A DNA stretch of 64,000 nt from the human T2T-CHM13v2.0 reference genome, Homo sapiens (GCF_009914755.1 NC_060927.1), one strand, 5' to 3'. Shown: positions 30,932 through 44,340, counted from the first letter of the stretch. Translations and numbers: made by a program. Notes: generated by a model from the sequence alone, not told the origin.

Positions 30932-31167
30932 TTGACATTCCCTTTGATGCAGTTGTGCACAGAACTGTGTTCATTGTAAGGCAATGAAACTATATCTGAA
31001 CTATAACACAGGGACGAGGACGACGTCTGCCCTGTGTTTACAGAACTGACCCAAGAACCTCATTAAGTAATGAGGTACTGATGAGGATGCTTCTGGCTGG
31101 GCTGCAATGAAATGCTTTACAATGAAAACAACAGTTCTGTGCACAACTGCATCAAAGGTAATGTCAA
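30932..31167. repeat. Inverted repeat; arms 30932-30983 and 31113-31167 with a 28-bp perfect core
   Basis: CCTTTGATGCAGTTGTGCACAGAACTGT (30941-30968) is the exact reverse complement of 31131-31158. Confidence 0.95.
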
Positions 31168-32010
31168 ATATAAACTGTCAAACTACCCAGGTTACTGTGT
31201 CAGAGGGGCTGTTGGTGACAGCATGACCAGCTTCCTGACATGCAGTAGATGCGGCCATCTATGGGCCAACATGGCCACTGCCTGGGACAGAATCCATCTG
31301 GGCAGTGTTAGAAGGCAAATCCCCTAAGAAGAAGCACCAGAGCATTGGAGCTGGGAAAAGGGTTGGCAGCCACTGATTTAGTGTAGCCTTTTCATTTTGC
31401 AGATGGGGGAAAACGAGGCCCCAGAAAGGCCAAGGCATGACCTCAACTTACCCATCTGGTTGGAGCTGCCCAGGGCCCACGCCTACCTACCCAGTCCAGA
31501 TTCAAGAGTAAGCCTGCCCAGTACAGCAGTCCCAGCATACTTCCACAGTATCCACCCAATATTGCCATGGGCTTGACTGACTCTTACATAGGAGGTTCTA
31601 AACATACGTGAGGGAACATGAGGCAGACATGGGATTAGGTGGCAGAAGTTGGGGGAAATGATTCTACCCTGATGCCATCATCCCATTTAGATGGGCAAAC
31701 CTTCAAGGAAGCCAGTGTTCTTGAGCATTTTGCATTCCTTTAGGCAAACTTTTCACTATCTGTGCTGGTCAGTGAGTCTTACCCAGTCCTCCCCAGGATT
31801 CGTGGAATCAGTTTGCTCCCGAAATGAACAAAAGCCAGGCAGGTAAAAGGGGAGAAGACAAGAGGCTCAGAGATTAGCTTCCAAAGGCTTGCTCTGGAGC
31901 TGCGGTTGGGAGAGCATTCCTGCCTCGTCCCGCCCTTCCGCTCTTCCCTGAGGAGAGGAGAGATGCTCACAGATGCTGGCAGGCTGAGGACTGTGCTTTG
32001 CATCCACTGC

Positions 32011-32016
32011 TTTATT
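32011..32016 (-). terminator. ULK4: ULK4 polyadenylation signal (AATAAA on - strand; a second at 32205-32210)
   Basis: TTTATT on + strand about 305 nt past the ULK4 stop codon. Confidence 0.8.
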
Positions 32017-32321
32017 ACCACAGGCAGTGCTAACCTTAGCCCACCTGGCCCACACAGAGAGGGAAAGAACATTTCTGAGAACAGCTAACAAACCTGGGCT
32101 TCCCAGATGCATTCCACAGGAACCAAGGAAGTCCATTCTGAGTCAGTTTTCTAGGCCCTGGGGTTAGTGAGCACTTGGGCCACCAGGTTCTGGGTTAAGC
32201 TGACTTTATTAGGTCCAAAGACAGCTGTGAGGGGATGTGGCAAAGGTGTCTGGGAGCTGACCTTGCTTATGCATCCGAGGGCTGGGGCCACAGGGCGGGC
32301 TTGTGCTAAGCACCTTCTTGC

Positions 32322-32385
32322 CTAGTGCCCAACGGCTTGGAGGATTTCCAGGGCCAAGGGAGCCACCGCACTGTCGGCAAATGAA
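32322..32385 (-). CDS. ULK4: ULK4 terminal exon coding part (SFADSAVAPLALEILQAVGH*)
   Basis: Minus-strand acceptor TTTTTCTTACAG|T; phase matches the upstream exon; C-terminus matches recalled ULK4. Confidence 0.92.
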
Positions 32386-34879
32386 CTGTAAGAAAAACCA
32401 AAGTAGGTACACTTAATAGGCATCTCTAAGGTAAAGTGCTCCCCCCTTTCAAAGGGGCCAGCCTCTTTTGCACCCGAGTATCTGGTGGACCAGCTGCAGC
32501 ATCCTCTTGGGAAGCAGAAGCAGGAAATCCTGGCCCACAGTCCTGGTGGGGTTCAGAATTGGCCATGCCAGCACCCTGAGCTATTTCTGAGCTCCCAGCC
32601 CCAGCCACCACTCACTATCTGAGCCACCTCTGCCAGAAACACTGCCAGTGAGTGGTAGGCAGCCAGACTCTACCAGGCCTGGGGCCTTCAGTGGGCCTGC
32701 CTGGCTCCTGCCTGGAGCTGACTTATGTGTCCCAGACCCACTCCACACACTGACCCTCCCTGCTCCATTGCCCTTTCCAGCCAATCAGCCAGGAGCTTTC
32801 TTACTCTTATAGGTGTGGATGTGCAATTAAGAGCTTAAAACGGGAACTTTTTTACTGGAGCAAATTGTTTGAGACACATTTAAAACTATGTTTAACAACT
32901 GCTAGCAAAGAAAAGACTGAAACCAGTGACCCTTGAAGTGTAAAATTAGCTCGTGGCACACTCTTGACTGCACAGAAATAGAGCTGGTACCAAATAAATG
33001 GGTGGGGGTGGGGCGCTGCATAAAAGATGTGGGTGGCAGTGGGATGGGGCCATGACCAGGAGACCGTTCCATGCATTCCTGCTCTGCGCATCAAAGCCCG
33101 TGTGACAGAAGGAATGCGTTTGAACTTGGCCCACCCCTGGCTGAGTCTAGGCTAGACTAGTGGGGCCATGCTGCGCCCCCGCACACAGCAGGCCCAGTGA
33201 GGCTGGAAAGGACAAACTACTGGCAGAGCAGCATCGGAACTGAGAACAATGCCATCCACTCATTCTTGGTTGACAAGAAAACCCTTTCTGGTAAGGCAAT
33301 CTGAACAAAGTCCAAACGAGAACTTTGCAGGAGCAACTTCCCCGCCCAACACAAGATCTGTCTGGTGTAGACGTTTTAGATGCTGGAGTACTGAGTGTGG
33401 GTGCAGGACAGACCACCAGCCTCATGGACCACTGAACCTTGTTTTGACACATTTGGTCCAAATTTGGGTCCAGCATGAGGATGTGCTATTTTTGGCTAAA
33501 AGGCAGCTATAGGTCCCTACTATGAGGAGACCCATAGCGCAGGTGCCTAGAGCGAAGGGGCTCTCTAGAGCTGTCTGTCAAACTCCACTCCTCTGTGGCT
33601 CTCTCTCTGCCCTCGGCATAAATCTCTGTAGCTGGCTCTATAATGGCATTTTGCACAAGGCCAGGATCCGATGGCATGTGCTCCTCAAAATAGTCTTACA
33701 GGAGGCCTATAGGCCAGTCCAGGGAGTCACTGTTCACACCTTACATGGCAGGGGCTCAGCAAGGTGTGAAGGGGCTTTTTGCAGGAAAGTCAGTCTCTCC
33801 TGCCCCTCACCTCACAGAAAACCATGAATACGAACTTACTTCTATGGTTTATGCTGAAGACAAAAGGGGTAGGGTTAGGCTAAAAAGGATGGTATCCTCC
33901 CCTCTCACCTATCCAGGATTAAATACAAAAGGCTGATTGGAATTGAGCCTTCTCTGCAAACTCACCTTCTTAGCAATGCTTCAGCCACTTATTTTTCTTC
34001 AAATTAATAACAAACCCAAAGCACACCAGGAAGCAGATTTCATAGAAACATGTAGTTCTAAAAACAGAATCTACCAGGAAATGGCAGACAGCATTCCAGG
34101 TCCAGTGAAGGTCAGGCACCCCATAGGAGGCGGGTCCTTCTCCCCAGGGTGGGGAAATGTTCCACTGAGCATCAGCGTCTCTGTGGGGCTGGCTGGGATG
34201 CCAGCTCCTTCTGCTTTTACAGCATGTAACATGCTCCTGGGTGATAGGCCTATCTCCGGTCTGTGGAACTCACTTCTAGGATGTTCTAGACACACTGACT
34301 GTACAGCCAAGGACCGGGAGGCTAGCCTAACCCCATGCTGTCAGCTTCCGGGTGTCAAATACGCAGTTCTGTGTGGTCCCTCTGAACTTCTGGCTGAGGA
34401 AGGTAACCTGGTGCAGCAGAGCAGGCTAAGCTGTCACATTTGCCCCAGCCCTGCCTGGGCCTTGAGTCCTCCACAAGGTGGTGATGAGGATGCCTCTGGC
34501 TGGGCTGCTGATGGGGGCATGTGTGCACAGGCCAGGGGCTGCCTTTCTCATGAGGTTCCTTGCATCTCCCACTTGGTCATCCACTCAACCTCTTCAGGGG
34601 CCTCAAGGTGGGAATATTGTTTCCCCTGGCAGGACTAAGACTTTCTCTCCCCCTGTTGATTCCTGTCCCCTCACTTTCCCCACCATAACTGGGGATTCCC
34701 AGTGTGTGGAGTGGCAGAGCTTCCCTTCCCACACTGGGAAGGATCTCAGTGGACAGTGATGGGCTGGAAGGTGGTAGTCCCTGGTGTGGAGGGAGATGAG
34801 TGGGAGGAGTGGAGAAAGGAATGGCTGAGAGTGTGTGCTGATCTAGAGCAGACTGCTGATCCTCCTGGGTCCCACTTAC

Positions 34880-34965
34880 CCACTCCCAGGGGCCAGCCGC
34901 TCCAGAGCCCGCAGGAGGCTGCCTGCATTCTTGAGGCTCTCCAAGTGCTTCTCATTGGAGGTGAT
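34880..34965 (-). CDS. ULK4: ULK4 penultimate exon (86 nt; ITSNEKHLESLKNAGSLLRALERLAPGSG)
   Basis: CTCCTGCCCTTGCAG|ATC acceptor in phase 0; GG|GTAAGT donor; open frame joins the terminal exon. Confidence 0.92.
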
Positions 34966-37900
34966 CTGCAAGGGCAGGAGGAAGAAGACAGTGGTCAGCT
35001 GACCCGTCCCTGACTCATGCCCTGTTGGATGGGCACCCTGAGTATCAGGCCTGCATGGTGCTGTGGCTGCCTAAGGCACTGGGGGGTGTCCCCTGGGCTT
35101 GTCTGTAACCCCCATGCGTAACCTCCCCCACAGAGTGTTGCTGACCAAGGGGAAAGAGGCAGGACACTGGTGGTCCTCAGGGGAGGGGACAAGGCAGTCT
35201 GCTGGGGCAGAAGACGGCCAGTTCAGGGCAGGGAGCCTCCTGCGGATCTCTCAGGAGAGTTTGTGTCTGGGAACCTGAACTTTCCAATTAAAGCAAAACT
35301 ACTTTTTCTGTGCTGGGACTCAAGAGGCCTGGCTAGCAACTGGAAATCTGTCTTTGGGGCTCTCAGCCCAACATGATCTCTTTCACGTGGATAGAAGGAT
35401 GCCAAGAAGGTGCCTGGGGACCTGGGAGAGAGGCATTAATAACTAAACCCCAGGAAGTGTGCCCATGCTAATCGCCACAGTCCTATGAGAAAAACACTTG
35501 GGCATGCCTGACTCTGTAGCACCTATTTGCAGAATCATACACTCTCAGGGCTAGAATAGGCTCAGGTGGGGATTTATCTAGACCCACAATTCTAGACCCA
35601 CCCAGAGACCTCACAATTCAGACCCTCCATAAAATGAGTCCATGTCCTGAAAGGCAGAGAAGAGAAGGCTTTGATTCTACTATTAGACTTGCTTCTCTTA
35701 ATTCACCGTTGCCTCCTATTGTTATCTTTGTTAGTTTAAAATTTCTTGTAATAAACGCTTGTATGGCACTTTACATTTCAGAATGCTGTTTCCTATATGT
35801 TTTCTCATTTAATCTTCTCAACAGCCTACCTTACAAGGTAAGTATATATCATGTTTTATTTATGAGGTAACCAAAGCTGAAATTAAGGGGCTGCTACAGG
35901 AGTCCACACGGAGCCAGACTGTCTCCCCACCACGAAGGTGGAACCAGGATGGCTTCAGCTGACTTTGATCACAGCAACCGAGGCTGGATTATTGTCTCCT
36001 TAGTTAAGAGGCTCAACATTTTTTAATCAACCACTCATGATAGGTCACAGGGGTAACTAAACATTAACATGAACTCTGAATTATATATGAATGCATTCGC
36101 ACCTCCACTGAGATCCTCTCCCACCTTCCTGAGTATGCCAGAGAACAGCTGCCAGTTCAACTGCATCAGGTGTGATTTCTGCAAAGATTTGCATCTCGGA
36201 AGAGCTGCATGTAAATTTGTTCTGAAATTGCACCCAACTTGATGTGTTCAAAAGACTACTGCTTAAAAATGCCAGCTGTAGTTCAATTATGTCTGAAGTA
36301 TGCATAAACTTACACTGAAGGTACACTCCCCATCAGGCGTCTTCAGTGAGGATTCCCACTTCATTTTTCTCAGAACTGCCTCAAACAGGTCAGCTGACTA
36401 CATCCAGGCTCAGTGCCCCGACCAGCCCTGCCATGAGATTGTGTGCAGAGGCTGTGCTCCCAGGAAATCACCCACAAGTTGCAAATAAATCAGAAGATGA
36501 CTTTCATCCACAAGGCTGGTTAGAAGGTGCAAATAGAAATCTACAGTGACAGTTATGTGATCAAAGGAAGATGCCAAAATGGTATCATGTGTAGCTGACA
36601 TAAATGTAGACATAAACAACGCCAATTGAAAACTACGTGGTTTGGCCATTTACCTGACTCTTATTCATAACATCAGCTGTTGTTCTGTATATAAGGATGA
36701 GTTAATTCAAAAATAAAAATTTTAAATTATATCAATCAGAGGTTCCAGTTCTGCGTAAGACAGAGAAAACACATGACACTCTTTCTCTCCCTCTGGATGC
36801 AAATCTACAGCGCAGCTATTTCAGAACACTGAAAAGCAAACAGCAACAGGTAAATAGGAGAGGACACTGAATTCAAAGCACCACTGAACTGGCAGTGAGT
36901 TTACCACTTCTTTCTTAGCCTGGATGCAACAAACCCAAACCCCAAAAGCCCTAGAAGAAACCCAGCTTGAGGAATAGAGAAGGGAAATCCCCAAAACCCT
37001 AGAGAGTAGATGAAACCCCCTCAAGATTGCTTTGCTCTTTTTTCTCCATCCTCTTGTGTCCCAGGCCATTCTGTGATGGCAGCAGTGGTAGTGGGGACAG
37101 AGGTGGCAGCAACAATAGCCAGCAAGAGGAGCCTGCAACCAGATCTCTATTCTTTCTCTGTTCTCCTAGTGTTTGGCCTGGATGTTGCATAATCATGGAA
37201 CTAGGCAGTTTTAGGCCAGATAAAAAATGGGAAACCCAGAGAACCAGAAAGTACTGGGGAGAGAATGAATCAAGAAGAGCTTAGTAAAGTTACTCCATAA
37301 AACTGTTTATGAACTCTTGGCCTCACCCCCAACCTGTGTATGCATGGAACCGATCCCAATAGCATGCCCCAGAATTGAAGAACTGAGGTAACAAATATAT
37401 CTCTGCTCACATCCCAGACTGACCCCTGGGGAGGGACACACCAGATAGATGCACATAGCACTGCAAAACCTGTGAAACCAATATGACACTGAAATTACAA
37501 TTCCAACCTGCAGCCTGAACCTAATCAGCATGATTGCTTGCTAAAACAAAAATATCAATATTCTCTGTAGTATTTAACAAGACAGGGTCTTATAATGTAA
37601 TATTTTTAATGACCAGGATACAATTCAAAATTACTTGGCAAAAGCAACCATAAAATCTCAGCTGACATGAAAAAAGACAATCAACAGAGGACAATAAACA
37701 AAATGACATATGTTGGAATTATCTGACAAAGACTTCAAAGTGCTATTATAAAAATGCTAAAAACAATCACTAACACTCTTGAAACAAGTATTACAATAGA
37801 ATATATCAGTAAAAAAGGAGAATATAGCAAAGAAGAACCAAATGAGAATTTTCTAACTAAAAACATAATAACCACAAATTTAAATTTAAAGTCATCACTG

Positions 37901-39990
37901 GATAGACTCAATAGCAGAATGGAGACAATAAAAGGAATGAGTCAGTGAACCTGAAGAAGATAGATCAATAGAAATTATCCAATCTCAGCAGCAGAGATTG
38001 AAAAAAAAAAAAAAAAAAGATTGAGAACACAAATGAGCAGCACCTCAGGGACCTATGAGACAATAGCAATAAGTTTTTGTCATTGGAGTTCCAGAATGAG
38101 AGGACAGAGAATAAATGAATGAAAAAGTATCTGAAGAAATCATGACTAAAACTATTCCAAAACATGCTCAAAGAAATAAATCTACAGATTCAAGAAACAG
38201 TAAATCCCAAACAAGATTAAACCCAAAGAAATCCATAACCAAATCCATCAAAATCAAACTTGCTGAAGACAAAGGATGTTGAAAGTGGGCAGAAAAAAAA
38301 ATGATATATTACTTATAGGGTAACAATAATTTGAATTATTGTGAATTTCTCATCTGAAACTACTGAGGCCATTAGATTTTAAGATGCTAAATGAAATGAA
38401 CTACCAAACTAAAGTTATATACCTAGAAGATATCATTCAGAAATGATATCATAGTTTCAAAATATTATTTAGGAATGAAGGTGAAATAAAGATATTTTCA
38501 GATGAATGAAAACTAATAGAAGCAGAGCTGCTATAAAAAATTTACTAAAGGAAGTTCTTCAGAGAGAAAGCAAATAACACCAGAAGGAAACTTGGAACAT
38601 CAGGAATGAAGGAAGAGCAATAAAAATGGTAAATATAACAGGATATTATCTTTCTTTAAAAGCTGTTTAATAGTAGAAAAGAAAAAATACATATAATATT
38701 GTATTGATGGGGTTTTCAACATATGTAGATGTAACATATAAGACAGCTGGAACATAATAAGATGGGGGAGAGCAAAGGAACCTATATGGTAGTAAGGCTT
38801 TTATGTTCCATTTGAAGTGGTAAAATATTGTCATAAGTAGACTCTAAAAAGTTAAGTATTTTATAACTCCAAGAGCAACCACTTAAAAAAATTATACAAA
38901 GAGATGTAATTTAAAAAAAAACCCACAACAGATAAATTAAAATTTAATATTAAAAATGTTCAAATAGCTTAAAAGAAAGCCGGAAAAGGAAAAGTGAGGA
39001 AATAAAAACACTGAACCTAATCAGAAATCAAATAAAAAGGCAAACTACATTGTAACATACCAAGAATTACATTAAATGTAAATGATCTAAATGCAGCAAG
39101 TAAGAAATCTCCTGAATGATTTTTAGAAATGATCCAACCATCTATTGTGTGTAAGAATCTTAATTCAAATATAATGAGATAGTGGTTTAAAGTAAGAGGA
39201 TGAAAAAAGATATACCATGCACACATAAATCAAAAGAAAGCTAGAGTGGCTATAGTAATGTCAGGCAAAGTAGACTTCAGAGCAAAGAAAATTACCAGGG
39301 ACATATTTTGATTAAAGGGTTTTGTAACCAAGAAGACATAACAATAAATGTGTATACATCTAACAGTAGAAATTACACATACAGAAAGCAAAAACTGATA
39401 CAACTGAAAAGGAAAACAGATAAATCCACAATCGTAGTTGGAGATTTCAAAACTCCTCTCATGATAAGAAACAGGATAAGTAGACAAAAATCAGCACGGA
39501 TACAGAAGAACTGAGGAACCCCATCAACCACATGAATCCTATTGACATTTGTAGATCACTGATCCCATCAACAACAGTATTCACATATATTGCAAGAATC
39601 CAGGAATACTTACAAATGTATACAGTATTCTGTGTCATAAAACGTATCTTAACACATTTAAAAAAATTGAAACCATATAAAATATATTCTCTGACCATAT
39701 GGAATTAAACTAGCAATTAATAACCAAGATAACAGGAATATTTTCAATCACTTGGAATTAAACAGCACACTCCTAAATAATCCAAGGGTTAAAGAGGACA
39801 TTCCAAGAAAAATTAGAAAATAATCTTAGCTGAATGAAAATGACCTTGATACAACATGTCAGCATCTGGAAGGGGGCTAAAGCAATGCTTAGAGGGAAAT
39901 CTATAGTACTAAATACTTATTTTAGGAAAGAAGAAATGTTCCTAATCAATCAATAATTTAAGCTTCTACATCAAGGAACTAGGAAAAAAG

Positions 39991-40300
39991 GGCCGGGCGC
40001 GGTGGCTCACACCTGTAATCCCAGCCCTTTGGGAGGCTGAGGAGGGCGGATAACTTGAGGTCAGGAGATTGAGACCAGCCTGGCCAACATGGTGAAACCC
40101 TGTCTCTACTAAAAATAGAAAAATTAGCCAGGCGTGGTGGAGGGTGCTTGTAAATCCCAGCTACTCAGGAGGCTGAGGCAGGAGAATTGCTTGAACCCAG
40201 GAGGCAGAGGTTACACTGAGCAGAGATCATGCCACTGCACTCCAGCCTGCGTGACAGAGCGAGACTCCATCTCAAAAAAAAAAGAAAAGAAAAAAAAGAA
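39991..40300 (+). mobile_element. AluS, full length
   Basis: GGCCGGGCGCGGTGGCTCAC...; TSD AACTAGGAAAAAA. Confidence 0.95.
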
Positions 40301-40518
40301 GAAACTAGGAAAAAAAGGAGCAAAACAAACCCAAACTGGGAAGAAAACAAGAGCAAACATTAAGAGGAATGTGGTAAATGTAGGCCCTAAAATATCAATA
40401 CTTACATTAAATGTAGATTTACCAAATGCTCCAAGTAAAAGATTTCAAGCTGTATATAAACAAAATAAAACATATCTCTTATATATAATTATATACATCT
40501 GTAATATATAAATTATGG

Positions 40519-40520
<2 letters not shown>

Positions 40521-40551
<31 letters not shown>
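40521..40551 (+). repeat. (AC)15 microsatellite
   Basis: Read directly from the sequence. Confidence 0.95.
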
Positions 40552-40554
<3 letters not shown>

Positions 40555-40574
40555 CTTATAACAAATATATTTTA

Positions 40575-40967
<393 letters not shown>

Positions 40968-41585
40968 CTAATACCAGATAAAGTAGACGTTAAGGCTATA
41001 ATCGTAACTAGAGGTAAGGAGGGACATTTCATATTTATAAGAAAATAAATTGGCCAGGAAGATACAGCAATTCTAAATTTGTGTGCTCCTGATCACAGCC
41101 TCAAAATATATAAAACAAACAAATAAAAATGACAGAATTAAAGTGAGAATTACATAAATCCACAATCATGGTGACATACTTTTCAATCTCTTCCAGCAAT
41201 GTGCATACAGAAACCAGAGGGGACACACAGGTTCTATACAACAAGAGTAACAGAATTGACTTAATTCACTTATATAAAAAATCATCTAAAAACTGCAGAA
41301 TATATATTCTTTTCAAGTGCATATGGAAAATTTCCAAAATATACCATCTGCTGGGTCTTTAAGGCAAGTCCTGACAAATTCCAAAGGTATAAATCTGATA
41401 AAATATATCAGGATCTCTATGAGTAAAAACTGTAAAATGCTGACGAAAGAAAATAAATAAATGGATACACAATATTCAAGGATTGGAAGGCTCAATATAA
41501 TAAAAATTTCTTCCAAAATATAGGTCTAATGAAATTCCTATCAAAATCTCAGCAGAAATCTTTGTAATATAGAATAGCTGAGTCT

Positions 41586-41618
41586 ATTGCTTCTTGGCCT
41601 TTTGGCTAAGATCAAGTG
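41586..41618 (+). pseudogene. 3'-truncated U2 snRNA retropseudogene (U2 nt 1-33)
   Basis: ATTGCTTCTTGGCCTTTTGGCTAAGATCAAGTG vs U2 ATCGCTTCTCGGCCTTTTGGCTAAGATCAAGTG; only two CpG>TpG changes. Confidence 0.92.
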
Positions 41619-42261
41619 AAGAATAACTGACTCTAAAATTTGCAATGGAAAGGCAAAGGAGCCAGAACAGGTAAAATAATTTTGAAAAAGCAGAATAAAA
41701 TTTAGCCATCATACTACCCAACTTTAAGAGGCACTACATGATTCCAGCAACCATGACAATGTGGTACTGGCAGAAGGTCAGACACACAGATAATGGAATA
41801 GACAACAGAGCCCAGAAACAGAACTACACAAATTATTGTTAAAATTTTGACAGAGGTGCAGTTAATTCAAGGAGGGAAGAACAGTGTTTTGAAAAAGCAG
41901 TGCTAGAACAAATGGATGCGCATATGCATAAACATCAACCTAGACATATATTTTACATCTTATATAAAATGTAATTTTAAATGGATGATGGATCTAAATG
42001 TAAAATGTAAAAACTATATAACTTCTAGAAGAAAATATGGAAGAAATTCTGTGACCTTAGATTTGGTGATGAGTTTTTAACATAAAAACATAATCCCTTA
42101 AAAAAATTATAAATTGGACTTCGTCAATGTTAAAAACTTTACTTTTTGAAAACATAAGAGAATGAAAAGATATGCCATAGACTTGGAGAAAATATTTGCA
42201 ACTTACATATCTGATAAAGGACTTATATCAAGAACATAAAAGTAACTCTTTAAAAATATTA

Positions 42262-42420
42262 TTTTTAGAAAGAGGGTCTCTGTTGCCCAGGCTGGAGTGC
42301 AGTGGTGTGATCATGGTTTACTGTAACCTCATACTCCTGGGCTCAAGCAATCTTCTTGCTTGGCCTCTTGGTTCTCACCTTGGCTGGGATTACAGATGGA
42401 GGCCACCATGCCCAGCTAAA
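42262..42420 (-). mobile_element. Partial AluJ/monomer, antisense
   Basis: TGTTGCCCAGGCTGGAGTGCAGTGGTGTGATCATGG...CTCCTGGGCTCAAGCAATC. Confidence 0.85.
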
Positions 42421-42740
42421 AAGAACTCGTCAAATTCAATAATAAGAGAACGACCAGCCTAGTTTTTAAAATGGGTAGAAAATCTGAATAGACACATCAG
42501 AAAGAAGATATATGGGTGGCAAATAAGAAAAGATAACTCAACGTTGTTTGTCATTAGGGAAATGCATATTAAAACTGCAGTGCAATACCTATTAGAATGG
42601 CTAAAATTCATAACACTGACAATAACAATGTTGGTAGGGATGAAGAATAACAGCAGTTCTCATTTATTGCTGATGTGAATGCAAGATGGAACAGTGCTTT
42701 GGAAGACGATTTGGCAGTTCTTTATAAAACTAAACATACA

Positions 42741-43040
42741 GGCCAGACACAGTGGCTAACACCTGTAATCCCAAAACTTAGGGAGGCTAAGGCAGGTGAA
42801 TCACTTGAGCCCAGGAGTTCAAGACCAGCCCCAGCAACATAGTGAGACCTCATCTCTGCAACGAAATAAATAATAATTAGCTGGGTGTGGTGGTGCACAC
42901 CTGGTCCCAGCTACTTGGGAGGCTGAAATGGAAGTATCGCTTGAGCCTGGGAGGTCAAGGCTTCAGTGAGCCATGATCAAGCAACTGCACTCTAGCCTGG
43001 GTGACAGGGTGAGACTATGTCTCAAAAAAAAAAAAAAAAA
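42741..43040 (+). mobile_element. AluJ, full length
   Basis: GGCCAGACACAGTGGC...GCTTGAGCCTGGGAGGTCAAGGC...poly(A); TSD TAAACATA. Confidence 0.92.
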
Positions 43041-44340
43041 TTAAACATAGTCCTACCATATGGCCAAACAATTGCACTCTTGGATATTTACCCAAGTGAA
43101 TTGAAAACTTATGTCCACACAAAAACCTGTATTCAAAATCCTTCACACTTTTATTCATAATCACTAAAATGTAGATGCAACCAAGCTGTCCTTCAACAGT
43201 GAAATGGAAAAACAAGGAAGTCGTCATGCATTACTTGGAATGCAATCAGACTTATAGAGTCTGATTTGATTTTTAGAATGAGATATTAGTAAAAAATAAA
43301 TCTGAGTAATTTTTGAAACAATAAGAGTTTGAATTTACCTTGCTAAATTATTGTATACTATGATACCAAACCATTTTCTATAGCTGGTAATGCCCGTGAT
43401 AAGAGGATTTCAAGGAGCTCTGAAATGAATGATCCTTGGGAGTGGACTGCTTCTGTCTCCCAGAGTTGAGTGTCCTCTTAGGCCGCTGAAGGTTGTAAAT
43501 TAAGATAGGAACCAGCCCTCTTTTAGAAACATTAGATTCCACTGTATCTGCTGGACTATGTGGCCTTTAACCTTCTATTTTCTCAGTACCTTAATTTTCT
43601 TCAAAAACCAAATTATGGGTCCACTCAAAAGTCATCCCACCTACTCCTCTTTTGAGCTACTTAGGCAGAGAATGTTTTGTGCAAACTGAAACCCACAAAG
43701 AAATCTCCTCTCCATTTTGAAGGAAGTAGGAGTCAAAGTGACCCTTGTCTACTGTGATGCTGAATTCATGACTAAGAGACTATTGGTGAACTTATCCTGG
43801 CTGTGATTACAGACGTCAAGAGGGAGTATTCCAGCGACACTAAGAAAATAATGCAAGAGAACGCCAGCGAAGAGTGTAAGCACAATACCTTCTTCCCAAA
43901 GTTAACATTTTCATTACTGGCAGTCAGTTAGCCAAGACAGGCTAACTCAATTTTATTTTGCAATAATGTACTATAGCAGAGGTTCCTGGACCTGTGAGTC
44001 CATGAGTGGATTTCAATATTTCAAAACATCAAATGGCAGGCATCCATTTCCTGCAAACAAAGTCATGCCTGCCTCACATTTCTCTGCTTTATGATGAAAA
44101 TATATCAGCCAAACCTGGAGTGCCAGCCATTATCTCATGCTGCTAAGACATCTGCCTGGTAGCTAAATGGCTAAAATCAATCAAAATGGAAACATGAATT
44201 ATACTAAATACATAAATTTCACCTGGTAGACAGGTAATTTTCAAAACATGGGGTCTTTAAAGGAAAAATCATAAAATAATTGGGAATTTGAGCTTAGAAT
44301 TAAGATAAACTTGGAAAGACAATTCCTCTACATCTGTTGA

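Noticed and set aside
29396-31167. CRISPR-like or prokaryotic system suggested by the hairpin-containing repeats
   Set aside because: Only two diverged copies 1.6 kb apart, no spacer array or cas genes, and the context is plainly human
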